From NCBI GenBank assembly GCA_038245405.1, contig JBBRSO010000003.1, positions 3,300 through 67,299 on the forward strand: a stretch of 64,000 nt of DNA, read 5' to 3'. Below the pieces are notes generated by a model that was not told where the DNA came from, made no database searches, and worked only from the letters and a program-made list of their open reading frames with translations. A program made the translations under genes and the position numbers. This DNA comes from Bacteroidales bacterium (GTDB lineage: Bacteria; Bacteroidota; Bacteroidia; Bacteroidales; VadinHA17). Shown in pieces: positions 63,126 through 64,000 of the stretch (position 1 is the stretch's first letter; the number at the start of each line of letters is the position of its first letter).

Positions 63126-64000
63126 AAGATGGACCGTTATCTGGCTTACTTTTATTTTTGCGCTTTTTCTGATTCTTGCAATATATTGCTTTCATAAAAA
63201 AAATCCCATTCTGCTTGTAACTTCAGAAATTGTTATTCCGGTACTGTTTGGAACAACAATGCTGATAATGGTAAAATCGTTCAAACCGATCACCAGTATT
63301 GGAAGGAGCCTTAGTCTTCTGAAGGAGGGCGATTTCAATATAACTATGGTAAAGACGGGGAATAATGATGTCGATAAAATTATTAATGTATATAACTCAA
63401 TGATTATCAGGCTTCGGGAAGAGAGACTTTCTGTGAGGGAAAAAAATCATTTCCTTGATCTCCTGATTGAATCGTCTCCTTTGGGCATAATAGTTCTGGA
63501 TCTTGATGAAAGAGTTCAGGAAATAAATAAGGCAGCAGTAAGGATACTGGGCCTGTCTAATGAAAACAGCATGGGAAAATACCTGACTGAATTGAAAAGT
63601 ATGCTGGCTGTTGAAATCTCAAAAATCGCCTTTGACGAAAAACAATTGATAATTCTTGGCGATGGACAACAATATTTATGCAGGAAACTCTTTTTCATGG
63701 ATCATGGTTTCAGGCACCCATTTTTAATTATCGAAGAATTCACTGAAGAAATTAGAAAAGCAGAAAGAGAGGCATACGGTAAGCTTATCAGAATGATGGC
63801 TCATGAAGTTAATAACACTATCGGTTCGGTGAACTCTATTATGTCGAGCATACAATCGAATCCTGAGTCGTTCGTGAGTTCCGACAAGGATGATATTATA
63901 AAGATGCTTGATATTGCTATTCAGCGTAACTACCAGATGAACAAATTCATGCAGAACTTTTCGAATGTTGTTAAGCTCCCATTGCCGGAAAAGGAAATGA
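63118..64000 (+). CDS. sensor histidine kinase, 5' part (runs off the window)
   Basis: ATG 63118 overlaps the regulator's stop (ATGAGTAA). My own translation gives MSKRWTVIWLTFIFALFLIL..., a HAMP-like segment, a PAS-like segment and the H-box RMMAHEVNNTIGSV. The frame is open to the window end and is absent from the ORF track. Confidence 0.8.
   Translation, partial: MSKRWTVIWLTFIFALFLILAIYCFHKKNPILLVTSEIVIPVLFGTTMLIMVKSFKPITSIGRSLSLLKEGDFNITMVKTGNNDVDKIINVYNSMIIRLREERLSVREKNHFLDLLIESSPLGIIVLDLDERVQEINKAAVRILGLSNENSMGKYLTELKSMLAVEISKIAFDEKQLIILGDGQQYLCRKLFFMDHGFRHPFLIIEEFTEEIRKAEREAYGKLIRMMAHEVNNTIGSVNSIMSSIQSNPESFVSSDKDDIIKMLDIAIQRNYQMNKFMQNFSNVVKLPLPEKEM

Overview
This looks like a chromosomal window from an anaerobic Bacteroidota-type genome. 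It has a complete batA-E aerotolerance operon, A-rich leaders without Shine-Dalgarno sequences, TolC/HlyD/FtsX efflux sets and a sigma-54 NtrC-type regulator.

Gene content, left to right:
- Bat operon (1-5691).
- A lipoprotein, a PLP trans-sulfuration-family enzyme, ung and a CYTH protein.
- A minus-strand operon of lysine 2,3-aminomutase plus two Ddl-like ATP-grasp ligases, facing a MATE exporter.
- arfB, a DMT transporter and a DUF169 protein.
- A 0.5-kb repeat-dense gap holding a DUF559 remnant.
- A rhamnose locus: a GH78 rhamnosidase broken by one in-frame TAA, then rhaT-rhaM-rhaA, an FGGY kinase and an LTD lipoprotein.
- A TetR/HlyD/MFS/TolC efflux set.
- A VTC-DUF4956-DUF2490 trio.
- A giant FtsX-type ABC pair and a GT4 glycosyltransferase.
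- asnB, then an orphan glycyl-radical enzyme with its activase.
- A sigma-54-promoted HlyD/ABC/FtsX/FtsX/NtrC/histidine-kinase operon that runs off the right edge.

The most unusual part is a ~14-kb co-oriented minus-strand cluster (37647-51448). It combines five PQQ-like beta-propeller paralogues, an NHL-like propeller and a tiny Cys-rich exported peptide. With them are a Tat-signal NapG-like ferredoxin, a NapH-like membrane polyferredoxin, a fused NuoE/HndB/NuoF flavoprotein and a multi-FeS protein with no catalytic domain. I cannot match this composition to any characterised system.

I recognised no rRNA, tRNA, CRISPR array, transposase or integrase.

The intergenic DNA is unusually structured:
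- Several dispersed hairpin/MITE-like repeat families, some of which supply the last codons and stop codons of genes.
- Perfect palindromes.
- Phased tandem oligomer arrays (6-, 7-, 8- and 10-bp units) placed just upstream of start codons or just after stop codons.

All functional calls come from motif and family recognition by eye. No searches were run.
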